NCBI RefSeq assembly: GCF_016432865.1
Contig: NC_067402.1
Span: forward strand, 275,776,001 to 275,840,000
Direction of reading: 5' to 3'
DNA: 64,000 nucleotides
DNA from: Antechinus flavipes
Lineage: Eukaryota
Shown here: in pieces, positions 12,010 to 24,079 of the stretch
Numbering within the stretch: position 1 is the first letter of the stretch
Layout: the number at the start of each line of letters is the position of its first letter
The notes under the pieces: model-generated
What the model was told of the DNA's origin: nothing
Database searches by the model: none
Seen by the model: only the letters and a program-made list of their open reading frames with translations
Made by a program: the position numbers and the translations under genes

Positions 12010-13160
12010 AAGGATGTCCTCCACGCTTGTATGGACTAGTTTCAAAAAGATCTTGTAGAGATGGGAGAAAGAAGGCTTATGTATACATAGTTATTAATCC
12101 TTTCTGTCATCTTATTTTCGAGTAATAATAAAACTTCATATGTTTTCTAGGTAATTAGGATTTTCCCTTCTTTCACATATCTCCCCATTTAAATCTTATC
12201 ATCATCATCCTTGGTCTTTTCCAAGAATATTTGGTCTAGTCCAGCTTCCCATTTTTGTTTTCTTGAGCATCTTTTCTACTTCATAACACAGCAAACATAT
12301 TAGGGACTATTGTCCGGATGTTGCAGATCCACTATCATTGATGGAGAAGAGTTTGCCCGAGGAATCTTTATACATCTATTTCACTTTTGTCTTTTTGCTG
12401 TCATTTTTCCAGTTTCATCCTTAAATGTCCATGGGATGTAATTAGGTCTTAATAGATTTTCGGTAAATTTGTCTTTTCCTTCTACTCCTTCTCACTATTT
12501 TATGAGGTCATACTTTGCAAAATCTTCCATTATCCATTCTACTTTGTTAGATTTTACAAACAAGTTTATATTCTAAACCACTGTTGACCTTGGCTGCCAT
12601 CTCTCACCACTTGGCAAGGAGATCAAGTGTTTCATTCTGAAGTGATGTCTAGGCTCTTTTAATCTCGTCATTGTGGTGTTTGATTTATATTGGCTAAACT
12701 TCCTTAGGAAGTAATGATATTCTGTGTTAATGTCTGTTCTTTTACTCATTTCCTACTTTATAGGGTCAACTATTTGTTTAAATAGGTCAAGATGAAGTTG
12801 TCTCAATTGCAAATCATATTTTCTTATTTTTTTTCCTTTCTTATAACTTGGTATTCATTTTGATCTTTACACTAACAAGTTGGTAGTTCAATTGTATAGT
12901 TTTCTCTGTAATATTCTCAGAAATAACTCCTAAATTAGTAAAGAGTAATTTCCTGTCTGTTTAAATATAATCAGTATAATTTTTGGTGATTTTTTTCCTT
13001 TGTGCTCACTGTCCACAGAATCCTGACTCTCTTCTTGGAAAAAATATTCAAACAATATGTGTATGGTTTCTGTAAAGTCTATAAGCTGTTGACCGCTTTC
13101 TTCTTTTACTCATGAGCAATGTTTTCCTGCTTTTTTTGGTTATTCTTCCCTATGCCTTTC
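12010..13160 (-). mobile_element. Degenerate RTE-clade LINE fragment
   Basis: Minus strand translates in pieces to RTE-like EN-RT linker (IMEDFAKYDLIK...FKDETGKMT...KLFS) with stops. Confidence 0.65.
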
Positions 13161-13169
13161 TTTGCAATG

Positions 13170-13400
13170 AAATTAAGATAAAGATAGAAACTGAACTTGT
13201 GAGTTTATTTATATAAAGAAACTCTCTCTCTACTAATAGAGTCAGTACCTCTTGGCAACTTATAGTCTTAAAGACTTGCCTACATCACTGAAAGATTTAG
13301 TGATCTTCCTAAAGTTACAGAGTTATTTGTTGAAACAGGATTTGAATCCAGTTCTTGGTTTCAAAGTCAGCTCTCTAGCCATTAAACTAAGTTGTTATTC
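13170..13400 (-). mobile_element. MIR3-like SINE
   Basis: cttggcaacttatagtcttaaagacttgcc...tagtgatcttcctaaagttacag...ggatttgaatccagttc. Confidence 0.6.
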
Positions 13401-13803
13401 TTACACTAATATTCCCAAGTATTAAAGTAAACTTGAATAATTAGAGGCTCTATGGTTTAATCAACATAAGGAAGTCCCCGTGTGGAATCTCTCTCTACCC
13501 ACAGATTGCAATCTGTCTATGATTTAATAAATGATTCACGGGGAGTTGCCTAAGGCACATAATGAGTTGACCAGGGTCACACAGCTAGTAATTATCATAA
13601 GCAGGATTTGAAGTTTTCCTGGCTTGGAGTCCAATATTCTGTGCTATGATGCTTCTTAATAAAATGCATATTTGTAAGACATATGTATGTGTGTGTATAT
13701 GTATTTGCTATTTAATACAGAAATGCAGGTAGCTGGAGGATGACAGGGATGGATATTATCTGGATCTGGCTCATAATTGTAGAGAGTAAGAGTAAGATCA
13801 TAC

Positions 13804-13874
13804 CAGTACTTCCGGCAGTCTGGCAGGAATAGAGATAGACAGTTCCTAGGACTGCTGAAACTAGGCAATCTCTC
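13804..13874 (-). CDS. Candidate coding exon I (71 nt; phase 0 ERLPSFSSPRNCLSLFLPDCRKY+TG)
   Basis: ccctcttgaaaacag acceptor, CTG|gtatga donor; frame compatible with the phase-0 end of candidate exon H; unique sequence. Confidence 0.25.
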
Positions 13875-14097
13875 CTGTTTTCAAGAGGGGTATCAGGCAA
13901 GATTTACAGCTATCCATAGCTCTCAAAGATCTTATTCTAGAGAGTCTGAGTCTGGGTTCAGAACAAAAGCCATTTTTTTTGCATTCAAAGGAGAGGTTAA
14001 CCTTTACCTTTACACTGGCCAACTTAGCTCCTCAACAGAAGCCAGTTAAACAAAAGACAATCACAAATAACTAATAAACCTTTTTCTTTAACCAAAG

Positions 14098-14908
14098 AAA
14101 AAAGCAAGTGGAAATTAGAGAAATAATAGATTAGAATAAATCAAAGAACACATAAGATTAAATGAACTCTACTCAAGTCAGGAGTAAGAACAATTCCAAA
14201 GAGTAGGAATCTACTTTCTTTAGAATTATCAACTCTGGAAGTCAAGGGATATAAGGAAGACTCTTCTCTCCAATATATCTGCAGCTCAAGGGCTCCATTC
14301 CACTATCCAAAAGTCTATACCTCAACTCATATTCTCACTTTCAGTTCTCTGAGAGCTTCACTGATTTTTAAGTTGCTCAATTTCACTTTCTTTTAGTGAC
14401 TTTTTCATTTACATTGTTATAATCATTGTTAATATTGTTCTTTTGAGACCATGTGTAAGGAACTTCTTTTCTTTTCTTTTTCCTTTTTTTCTTAGGCACT
14501 TGGGGTCAAGTGACTTGCCCAGGTTCATACAGCTAGGAAGTGTTAGGAAGTCTGAAGTCACATTTGAACTCAAGTCCTCCTGACTTCAGGGTTGGTGCTC
14601 TATCCACTGCGCTACCTAGCTGCCCCCTCCAGTCTACTCACTATTATCAAATGTCAAGTTGAAGAGCATCAACCAAAAATGAATGATGATATTTAAGCTT
14701 TAATCTCTCTCCTTTTTTCTCTTTTAATTAAAAAAAAAGCAAGCGGAAATTAGAAAAATAATAGATTAAAATAAATCAAAGAACACATAGGAATAAATGA
14801 ACTCTACTCAAGCCAGGAGTAAGAATAATTCACTTTCTTTAGAATTATAAACTGGAAGTCAAGGGATACTGCTCTCCCCAATATGTCTGCAACTCGAGGG
14901 CTCCATTT
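14098..14908. repeat. Local direct duplication (about 14098-14300 and 14732-14908)
   Basis: aaagcaagtggaaattagagaaataatagattagaataaatcaaagaacacata...gggctccatt is repeated about 635 bp later. Confidence 0.9.
14494..14626 (-). mobile_element. WSINE1-type SINE
   Basis: aggcacttggggtcaagtgacttgccc...tatccactgcgctacctagctgcccc (reverse of the consensus head). Confidence 0.9.
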
Positions 14909-14914
14909 CATTTT

Positions 14915-15130
14915 ATTCTTTCTCTCCTTTCTGTCTCAGCCTCTCTTTGCCTCTTCTTCTCTCTCTATCTCTCTTCTCCCTTTCTCTGCTCCCTCCTTTC
15001 CTCCTCTCTTTGTCTCCTCTTTCTCTTTCTCTGTCTCCCTCCTTCCTTTTTCTCTTTCCCCACTCCTATCAGCTTCTATGGATTTAACTCATTTTTATAT
15101 GAACTTTAATGCCCTAAAACTTTTAGAATG

Positions 15131-15170
<40 letters not shown>
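14915..15170. repeat. CT-rich low-complexity tract (14915-15070) and (GT)n (15131-15170)
   Basis: Direct reading. Confidence 0.9.
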
Positions 15171-15174
<4 letters not shown>

Positions 15175-15279
15175 ATGCTACCACTTACCTCTCAGGATTG
15201 GTATGAGGATAAAATGAAATAATATTTATTAAGTTCTTTGTAAACCTTAAAGTGTTATATAAATGCTAGCTTCTATATC

Positions 15280-15690
15280 TTGTCCCAGTATATCTCCCAA
15301 GCTCTAGTCCTGAATCATCAATTGTCTATTGGATACTTCAAACACAATATCCCAGAAACATCTCACATTCAACATGTTCAAAACAGAACCCCTTTTACTT
15401 CCCCTTAATGTGCCCCCCATTCCCAACTTCATTTCTTTTGAAAGGTACTGCCATTTTTTCAGCTTCCTGGGTCCATAACTTTGCCCTTAAGCTCAACTCC
15501 TCCTTCTTGCTCATCTGAATCTACATTTCTATTTCTGTATCTCTTATGCCCATCCCCTTTATACTGCTCATATAAATTTTACCTTTGTCATTGAGTTCTT
15601 ATTTGGTTTCATTGCATCAAAAATTTCTCCAATCCATCCTCCCCACCATTGCCAAAATTATATTCCTTAAGTGAATTTAAAAATTAGTCA
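15280..15690 (+). mobile_element. L2 fragment
   Basis: catctcacattcaacatgttcaaaacagaac...ctccaatccatcctccccaccattgccaaaattatattcctt. Confidence 0.65.
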
Positions 15691-15876
15691 TTAATAATTT
15701 GATATCAAGTTAGAATGAGATCTTCAGTAGAGTGTCCTAGAGTGCTCTAGCCTTATGTTGTTTTAAGATTTTTATAATAAATCTCTCTAAAGGTGTGACT
15801 CCTATATTCAATCAACTCTAGTGGTTCCCAATTACCTCTCAAACCAAAAACTACTCATTCAACTTTTTTTCCCCTC

Positions 15877-15985
15877 TGAGGCAATTGGGGTTAAGTGACT
15901 TGCCTGGGGTCTGAGGTTAGATTTGAACTCAGGTCCTCCTGACTTCAAAGCTGGTGCTCTATCCACTGCACCACTTAGCTTCCCC
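15877..15985 (-). mobile_element. WSINE1-type SINE
   Basis: tgaggcaattggggttaagtgacttgcc...gatttgaactcaggtcctcctgacttc...tatccactgcaccacttagct. Confidence 0.9.
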
Positions 15986-16174
15986 ACTCATTTAACTTTT
16001 AATGGTATTGGCTGTCCCAAATTCACTTTCTTGCTTCAATATATGTTATTCTGTTTCCCACACTCTACAATTCAGCCAAAATGGTCTTCACACATAAATT
16101 TCCATCTTTCAACATTTCCATCAAAGCCAGAAAACCTGAGGTTCTTCCCATCCCAGATTCATTCATTCATTTAG

Positions 16175-16490
16175 ATCTTTTTGGACTAGGCTAAAGAGGA
16201 GATTCTTTGCCTCAATTAATCACCGAATGGGTGCAGCCTCAATCAAACTGGGACCTGTTGAAGACCTTAGCTTAAAAAGAACATGGTCTCCCATTTCATC
16301 CAAGGCCATTTCCAGTCATCTTGATCTATATCTGGCCCCTGGACTCAGATAGCTCTGGAGGGAACAATGATGCAGGTGACTCTGCTCAGCCCTCTCTCAC
16401 TTAAATCCAATTCACGTGCATGTCATGGCATCCCCTCCCTGATGTCACGGCTCTCTTCGAGAACAAAGGACAAACAACAACAACATTATT
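16175..16490 (+). mobile_element. Marsupial RTE-tail SINE or RTE 3' end (WALLSI-like)
   Basis: Ends gtcatggcatcccctccctgatgtcacggctctcttcgagaacaaaggacaaacaacaacaac; related tails at about 39400 and 39840. Confidence 0.6.
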
Positions 16491-16898
16491 CTTGGGATAC
16501 ACCCCTTCCCTGCTTGCACCTCAAAGGAGCCCTTTCCTTTTTAAAAGGCATAGTTCCATCAGAGGCGCTAGGTGGTGCAGTAGATAAAGCACTGGCCCTG
16601 GATTCAGGAGCACTTGAATTCAAATCTGATGGAAGACAATTGACATGCTAGTAAATAGATTGCCTTCTTTTCTACCCCTGCCCTTCAAAGCTCCATCACT
16701 GCTATCTACATGAAACCTTTCCCAAATCTCACAACTGCTGGTGTTCTACTAACCACCCTGAAATTATCTACTTTGTATTTATTTGTATTTACTTATTTTA
16801 GATTTATTTTGCACATACTTATATATGTATTTGCTATTTCCCCCTCTAGAGTAAAAGATCTTAGAAATTGAGAAAGTTTCATTCATTGTTGTAGGACA

Positions 16899-17157
16899 AT
16901 GAAGCTCATCCATCCATCTATCCATCCATCCATCTACTTATCTACTTACCTACCTACCCACCTANNNNNNNNNNNNNNNNNNNNNNNNNNNNNNNNNNNN
17001 NNNNNNNNNNNNNNNNNNNNNNNNNNNNNNNNNNNNNNNNNNNNNNNNNNNNNNNNNNNNNNNNNNNNNNNNNNNNNNNNNNNNNNNNNNNNNNNNNNNN
17101 NNNNNNNNNNNNNNNNNNNNNNNNNNNNNNNNNNNNNNNNNNNNNNNNNNNNNNNNN
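16899..17157. repeat. (CATC)/(CTAC) simple repeat running into a 193-N gap (16965-17157)
   Basis: Direct reading. Confidence 0.9.
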
Positions 17158-17251
17158 TTGGAGCTGGGAGCAATGTCCTAATCATATCCCCATTCAAGTT
17201 AGGCTAATTTTTCCTTAAACACCATTCACACCATCCTCCAGACTTAATTGG

Positions 17252-17497
17252 CTTTTGTTGTTGTGCAGTTATGTCTGACACTTTATGACTTCATTTTTTG
17301 GGTTTTCTTGGCAAAGATAATGGAGAGGTCTGCCATTTCCTTCTCTAGCCCATTCTCTAATGAAGAAACTGAAGCAAACATGGTTAAGTGATTTGCTTAG
17401 GGTCATACAGCTAGTTAAGTCTGGATTTTAACTCATCAAAATGAGTTTTTTTGATTCCAAGCCCAGTACTCAATTCACTGTACCATCTAGCTGCCCT
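17252..17497 (-). mobile_element. MAR1-type SINE
   Basis: gttgttgtgcagttatgtctgacac...gggttttcttggcaaagat...ccatttccttc...ccatctagctgccc. Confidence 0.8.
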
Positions 17498-18229
17498 CTT
17501 AATTGGCTTAGGGGACTAGATTCTCAAGTCCTAGACAACATTTCCTGGTTGCTGGAGTCCAAAATAGTCATGAGTCAAGAGCTTCCTGATACTTGGCTGG
17601 TAAACTGCCAAAAACAATTCACAGGCAAGGGGAGGTCTGTTCAATCAAGCTGTGAATCAACTGTGTCCTGTGCCCTCAATACATATCCTTTTAGAATATC
17701 ATTCCTTTGCTATGGCTAAAATATCTCCTTTTCTGAATTGCTAAATGGCCTTCACAGTGTCTCATTTTGCCCCAATCCTGCATAATTTCTGGGGGGTAGT
17801 TTCAAATTACTTTTTAGAATGGTTAGACCAATTCTACCAACAATGTACAGGTCTAACTGTTTTCTCACAGCCCCTCAGTTTTCCAGTCAATTGTTTTGGC
17901 CTGTGCATGTCTCATAATAGTCCCTGACAATTTAAGTATAATTTGTGATGAAATAAGATATCTATAAGCTCATCAACAGTTAACAAAAGACTTACTTAGA
18001 TGTAATATGAGAATATCATGAGTTGATGTGATGAGCAAAGTTCTGTTGCCTCTGAATTGACCATCCTAACCCTAGTGAAACAGCTCAAAGCTGATTTGTA
18101 CTCAGGTGACTAGGAAATGTTGACAGCAACAATCTTTAAAGTTTTGAGGAAGGTTTTAATAACTTTTTGAAAAATATTTTAATTTTTCTCTATTACATAT
18201 TAAAAAATTCACTTTTTCATACCCAGTGT

Positions 18230-20310
18230 TCTTTTTAAAAGGAATTTAATATTTTATTTTCCCCAGTTACATGTAAAAACAATTGTTATTATTTTTTTAA
18301 AATTCTGAGTTTCAAATTCTTTCCCTTCCTCCCTTCATTTTTCCTATTCTTTAGAGTGCAAGCAATTTAATATAACCTATACATGCGCAATTGTGCAAAA
18401 CATTTCCACTTTAGTCATTGTGTGAAAGAAAACTGACAAAAGAAAAAACCCCAAAAGGAAAATAAAGTTTTACAAAATATGCTTTGATCTAGATTCAGAC
18501 TCCATCAGTTCTTTCTTTGGAGGAGGATAACATTTTTCATTATAAGTCTTTGGCATTGTCTTGGATCATTGTATTGCTGAGAATAATTGTCATTCATAGT
18601 TGTAAAATATTGCTATTACTGTGTACACGTTCTCTTGGTTCTGCTCATTTCACTTAGCATCAGTTTATGTAAATCTTTATTGAATCACTTATGGTTTCTC
18701 TTTTATGCTTACCTTTTTCTGCTTCTCTTGATTCTTGTAATTTTCTATTCAATCTGGTCTTTTCAACAGGAATACTTGGAAGTCCTCTATATTATGGAAT
18801 ATTCATTCTCCCTCCCACCCTCAAAAGATCATACTCAGTTTTGCTGAGGAGGTGATTCTTGGTTGTAATGCTACCTCTTCTGGAATATCATATATCAAGT
18901 CCTCCAATCTTCTAATGTACAAGTTACTAAATACTGTGTTATCCTGACTGTGGTTCCATGATATTTGAATTGTTTCCTTCTGTCTGCTTGCAATATTTTC
19001 TGCTTGACCTGGAGCTCTGAAATCTGGCTATAATATTTCTTGAAGTTTTCAGTTTGGGATCTCTTTCAGAAGATGATTGGTTGATCCTTTCAATTTCTAT
19101 CTTATCCCCTGATTCTACAATATCAAGGTACTTTTCTTTGAAAATTTCTTGAAAGATAATATAGCTAGGCTCCCTTTTTTTTTTTTTTTTTTTGATCATG
19201 ATAGTCCAATAATTTTAAAATTATCTCTACTGGATCTATTTTCCAGGTTTTTCCAATGGGATATTTCACATTATCTATTTTTTTTTATTTTCTTGATTTT
19301 GTTTCATTATTTCTTGGTGTCTCATGTAGTCATTAGCTTCCATTTGCCTAATATTAATTTTTAATGAATTATTACTATTTGACCTATTCTGTTTTTTAAG
19401 GTGATATTTTCTTTAGCAATTCTTTGGGGCCTCTTTTCCCAAGCTGTTGTCTCTTTCTTCCATGATTTTCTTGTATCACTCTCATTTGTTTTTCCCGATA
19501 TTTCCTCTATCTGTCTAATTTGATTTTGAAGCTCTTCCTGGAATTCTTTTTGGGCCTGAGACCAATGAACCTTTTTTTAAAAAGGCGTTAGATGAAGCAC
19601 TTCTAATTTGTTTTCCTTTTCTGAGTGTGTTTTTTAATCTTTCCTATCACCAAAGTAAATTTATATGTTCAAAATATTTTTTTTTGCTCGTTTTTCTAGC
19701 TTATTTCTTGACTCTCAACTTTAAATTAAAGAGGTAGGTTTCTAGAGCAGTTGTTTTCAGAGTTATTTTTGTAGTCATTTTCTGGGGGGCTGTAAATTTT
19801 CAGTTCCTCCAAGGTGTTATGCTGTAAGGAGAGGTCCTGGGCTGTGTTCTATAAGTGACTACAAGCACTCTTTTGCTGTAGTCCCTAGTGTGCTAATGCT
19901 CCTCCTTGCCCCAGGAATGGGACCCAGAATTGCATATAGGTAATGTAGCAGAGTTTTGCTCCCAATGCCAGATAAGGGATCCCTTAACCTCTTTCTGACC
20001 AGTTTTCTGACCTCCCCTTTCCATCTGTGAGCTGAGACCTGTGAAAGATGCTGCTGCTGCTGCTGATTCAGTTGCCCCTTGGAATTGCTGCTGGCTTTCA
20101 GGACATTGCTTGTGCTGATCCAAGATCCCCTCTCATTTCAGTGGGACAGATCTTTCCTGCTGACCTTCTAAGTTGTCTTGTTTCATCTCGTGCTTTTGTT
20201 GGTTCTACTATTCCATAATTTCTTTTCAGGCATTATTTTAAAGTTATTTGGAGGGGAATTTGGGAGAGCTCAGATAAGTCCCTGTCTTTTCTCTACCATA
20301 TTTGCCATGT
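18230..20310 (-). mobile_element. L1 relic: 3' end (about 18230-18700) joined to ORF1/5' UTR (about 18760-20310)
   Basis: ORF 18939-19199 ...IFQEIFKEKYLDIVESGDKIEIERINQSSSERDPKLKTSRNIIARFQS is L1 ORF1 RRM-like. Confidence 0.85.
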
Positions 20311-20340
20311 TTTTCTTTTCTATAATTTAAAAAAATAGCT

Positions 20341-20610
20341 TTTTATTGACAAAACATATACATGGGTAATTTTTCAACATTGACCCTTGCAAAAACTTCT
20401 GTTCCAACTTTTCCCCTCTTTCCCTCCCACCCCTCCCTTAGATGGGAGGCAGTCCCATACATGTTAAATATGTTAAAGTGTATGTTAAGTACAATATATG
20501 TATACATATTTATACAGTTGTCTTGCTGCACAAGAAAAATCAGATTTGGAAAGAAGGTAAAAATAACCTGGGAAGAAAAACAAAAATGCAAGCAACATTC
20601 TATAATGTTT
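20341..20610 (-). mobile_element. L1 3' end
   Basis: ttttattgacaaaacatatacatgggtaatttttcaacattgacccttgc...gtcttgctgcacaagaaaaatcaga. Confidence 0.85.
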
Positions 20611-22269
20611 AAGAAAAAATCTAGTGTAATGTACACATAGGAGGTCAAGGGAGTAGAGAGTTAGGATAGTGTTTCTAAATTACCTTCCATCCAGAGTTTC
20701 AATTATGAGGGGCTACCAGTTTTTTTTTTTTTAACCTCCAGGGCAATAACATTAGCCAATGCAAAGTTTACAGAGCATTAATAGCACTTACAAACCTCCA
20801 GCAGAGCTTAGCACATAGTTAACAAAGATACAGGAAACTATCCACTCTTTCCTCTCTGTCCTAGTCTGCATTTTCATCTATGTAATTACTGTAGCAGCCT
20901 TGGAACCACTCTTCCAGGACTTTTGTGATTTCTCTATGACATTCTTCTTATCCCCTTCAAATGAAGTCCTATCTATGCTATTTTCCTAAAGAATTCCCAG
21001 TTATCCTATTCTGACCCTTAGATCTATATATCTCTCACATATATGTGCTTGTGTTTTGTTTTTCATTTTTTTTGTTTTTTCAATTTAATTCAATTTATTT
21101 TTTTGTTGCACTGTAAGTTCTGAACTGCCCTTTCTCACTCTATATTCATAATATTTTAAAAAGTTCAGGCCCAGCCCCATAACCTTTATACGACTCTAAT
21201 TTTATTTAGGACATTTTTCTTATGACCCTTTCACCACACCATGCTAAGAAATATTTGAGAGATCTGGGGCACATTTCTGTTTTTAGCCCATAACTATTAG
21301 TTTTTGGTGGTTCTCTTTCCTAAAGACAGCATGGAAGGCATCCCAATATCAGGTCACAAGAGGGGAAACCAAAGCTGCACAGGAATATTTGCACTTTTAA
21401 TATCCCAAATGCAACCTGAGCTTCGGATAAAGATCCAAATACATTACCCTGACATCCTATCAAATCTAATCAGTCTTGTCTTTATTCTGAAAGTTGGTGG
21501 TACTCTGACTTAATAAATTGAAGTAAACAATAAATTCCACTGGTCTGTCGAGACTGCGGTTAGGTTCCCTGGCCAGAAATGATTTTGATTATGGAGTTGG
21601 CATCTTTAACACTTCCTCCATCCCCCCATCCCAGCATTCCAAAATCAGTGGTTGGCAGCGATGGGCTTCCAAAAGAAAGCAGGGAAACAACAACAACAAC
21701 AACAATAACTATATACAAAATCCTTGCATCTTCAAAGACCTTTCCACGTTAATAGATTCCTTATGGGTAATATATCCAGAACTGTCAACTAGGACAAAGA
21801 AGGAGAATGAACCTTCTTTCTTAAAAGAAACAAAAAGGGGGAAAAGGGCTCCACTTGAGGAAAAAAATCATTTTGAAAAGAGAGCAGGAAAAATCCCAAC
21901 AGAATGGAACTCTTCAAAATGTGTTTCAGTAACACAACAGGAAACTGGGCTGAACATGGGCTAGGCAAGCACACAAAGCCAGTAGTAAATGCCCGTTCTC
22001 ACTCGACACAGCTGACAAAAAACAAGACAACTGGTAGTAAGAGTCCAAATGCCAATTCATACTATGGGGGAAGTGAGGTGGGGAGTGTGTGGAAAGAACA
22101 TTTAAAGGCTCACAACAACAGGCTGCTCGTATCAAATTCACAAAATCGGGAAAAGGAAGTCTGCTTATGTTGTTGTCAGATTCACCCTAACACGTTCAAA
22201 TTTCCACGTCCTGGCCAGTGACCCACAAACAATTCTCTTCTTCATAACATTCTCCTTCCATGGTCACTT

Positions 22270-22342
22270 GAAAAATAAGGAGTGAGTTTCACAGTTTATA
22301 AAACCCCCACTTACGTCAGAAGGGCTCGAGAGGTCATATTGG
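22270..22342 (-). promoter_or_regulatory. Candidate core promoter: CCAAT, AGGTCA half-site, CRE-like TGACGTAA, TATAAA
   Basis: On the minus strand CCAAT 22342-22338, TGACGTAA 22318-22311 and TATAAA 22300-22295 are in canonical order and spacing; ACCATGG at 22261. Confidence 0.35.
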
Positions 22343-22699
22343 GACATTTCAAGTAATTGGGGGCAAGGTCTGGATTTACCCTTTGGCTCTGGTGTTCTGA
22401 ATGTGAGATGGCTCTTGATCCCATGAACTGATGGTTGGCTGACATTTTGGAACGAGAGTTTGGAGGAGATTGGGGGTGGGGAGGGGAAGGAGTTCTGATG
22501 CAAAAGAGGCACTTTTAATGGATGGGGGAACAGAGGATTGAAACTGACAGCTCCTAAGTTTAAGGAAGTTTTATTTTTAGAGGCAGGATTAATGGTAGAG
22601 GTTGGAGAAAGATTTCTGAGACCTGGTTTGAGGAATTGAGACTGAGATGGTGACATCTCCCGTCTTAGGCTTTAACTGATCTGATCAACTCAACTGCCA
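22315..22699 (-). CDS. Candidate exon H (385 nt): 5' non-coding part plus 114 codons MSPSQSQFLKPGLRN...DLSSPSD
   Basis: ttattatttatccttag acceptor, GAC|gtaagt donor at a codon boundary; longest non-repeat ORF in the window; Ser/Pro-rich; no homolog recognised. Confidence 0.35.
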
Positions 22700-22840
22700 C
22701 TAAGGATAAATAATAACTGTGTCTACACACAAACACATGTGTAGATTCTAAATATATTTTATTTAGTAACTTTATTTAATATGGTTTATTAAGTAGTTAC
22801 TTACACAAATGTATGTACATATTCCTACACATATATGTAG

Positions 22841-23313
22841 ATGGAATTATAAATATAGATAGCTATAGACAGATATAATTTTTTATCATTTTATTATCTT
22901 TTGTTTTTATATTATTTATACTCATCCCAATGCTCAAAGTTTTTAACTCTCTCCATTCCACATTTGCTCTTCTGGCTGGTTTCAACTCCATGGATGCCTC
23001 TGGATCTCTCCCCACCCCTGCTTTCCTACATTCTTTTCTGTGCTGCCGCCTTTCATTAGATTGTAAGCTCTTTAAGGACGGGGACAGTCTTTTTATTAAC
23101 TGTATCCCCAGTACTTAGCACAGTGTCTGGCACATAGTAAGTGCTTAACAAATGTTTATTAAATTGGTTATTTTTGCTAAATATTTTCCTCTCTTTTTTC
23201 ATTTTTATCCAATTCAATAAACATTTATTAATATAAATAATATAAAAACAAAAGATAATAAAATGATAAAAAATTATATCTATGTCTACAGCTATCTATA
23301 TTTATAATTCCAT
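22841..23313. repeat. Inverted repeat, arms 22841-22920 and 23232-23313, spacer 311 bp
   Basis: Arms are reverse complements apart from one substitution and one 2-nt indel. Confidence 0.95.
23040..23165 (+). mobile_element. L2 3' end
   Basis: attagattgtaagctctttaaggacggggacag...cttagcacagtgtctggcacatagtaagtgcttaacaaatgtttatt. Confidence 0.85.
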
Positions 23314-23329
23314 GTATAAAGTCTGGCAT

Positions 23330-23630
23330 TTTATGTAGTATTCAATACCCATAAAGAAGCAGGGGGAGGCTTTTCATCTCTCTTTTCTGGGGCCATTAAT
23401 TCATCCTAATTTTTATAGCTTTCAATTTCAGTCATTCTATTGTTTTTGCTATTTTGATTTATATTGTAATTTTTGCGTTACATAGTTTTCCCAGTTCTGT
23501 TTCCTTCACCTTGTGTCAGTACACGTAAGTCTTCCAATGCAGTTCTTAATATTCATCATATTCATCATTTGGTACAACCCAATCTTGTCCATCACATTCA
23601 TGTACCACAGTTGGGTTAGCCATTAATCCA
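23330..23630 (-). mobile_element. Old L1 3' fragment
   Basis: catagttttcccagttctgtttccttcacc...gtccatcacattcatgtaccacagttgggttagccatt. Confidence 0.55.
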
Positions 23631-24079
23631 ATAAATTGCCTGCTTACACATGAAAAAGAATTACATGAGGATGAGGGAGACTGTTGTCTTGAGGATTGAA
23701 GACAATGAAAGAGAAAATAACTGTCATTCAGATAACACATTGTTATTATTTCAGTATAGTGGATACTAGAATTACTCTATGATTTCATACCTGTGGGTTC
23801 TTCTATTTGAACATATTGTATTCTACTTCCTCATCTTGTTGTTGGCTTCCATCCATGTCCCCTGATAAATCCTCCAAGCAGGAGTTCACAGATAATAGTA
23901 TTCTAACATTACTCATAATAATAACATTTTTATGACACATTAAGGTTTTTAAAAAAGAAGAAAGGGGTGGAGTCTTAAGTGATGAACTTATCTTTACTGG
24001 CAAATTTCTTGCACCTATTATTAAAGGGACGCTTAGTAAAAACTCAGAGAAGGAAGTGGTGATCATCTGAGCCAAAAAG

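Noticed and set aside
2308-16635. tRNA genes (A/B-box-like motifs such as gagttcaaatc)
   Set aside because: All are heads of tRNA-derived SINEs followed by CORE or tail sequence; no cloverleaf.
21700-21790. EF-hand-like peptide (VDSSGYITHKE) after a minus-strand acceptor
   Set aside because: No good donor, no helix-like continuation, and the T-rich strand has many chance acceptors here.
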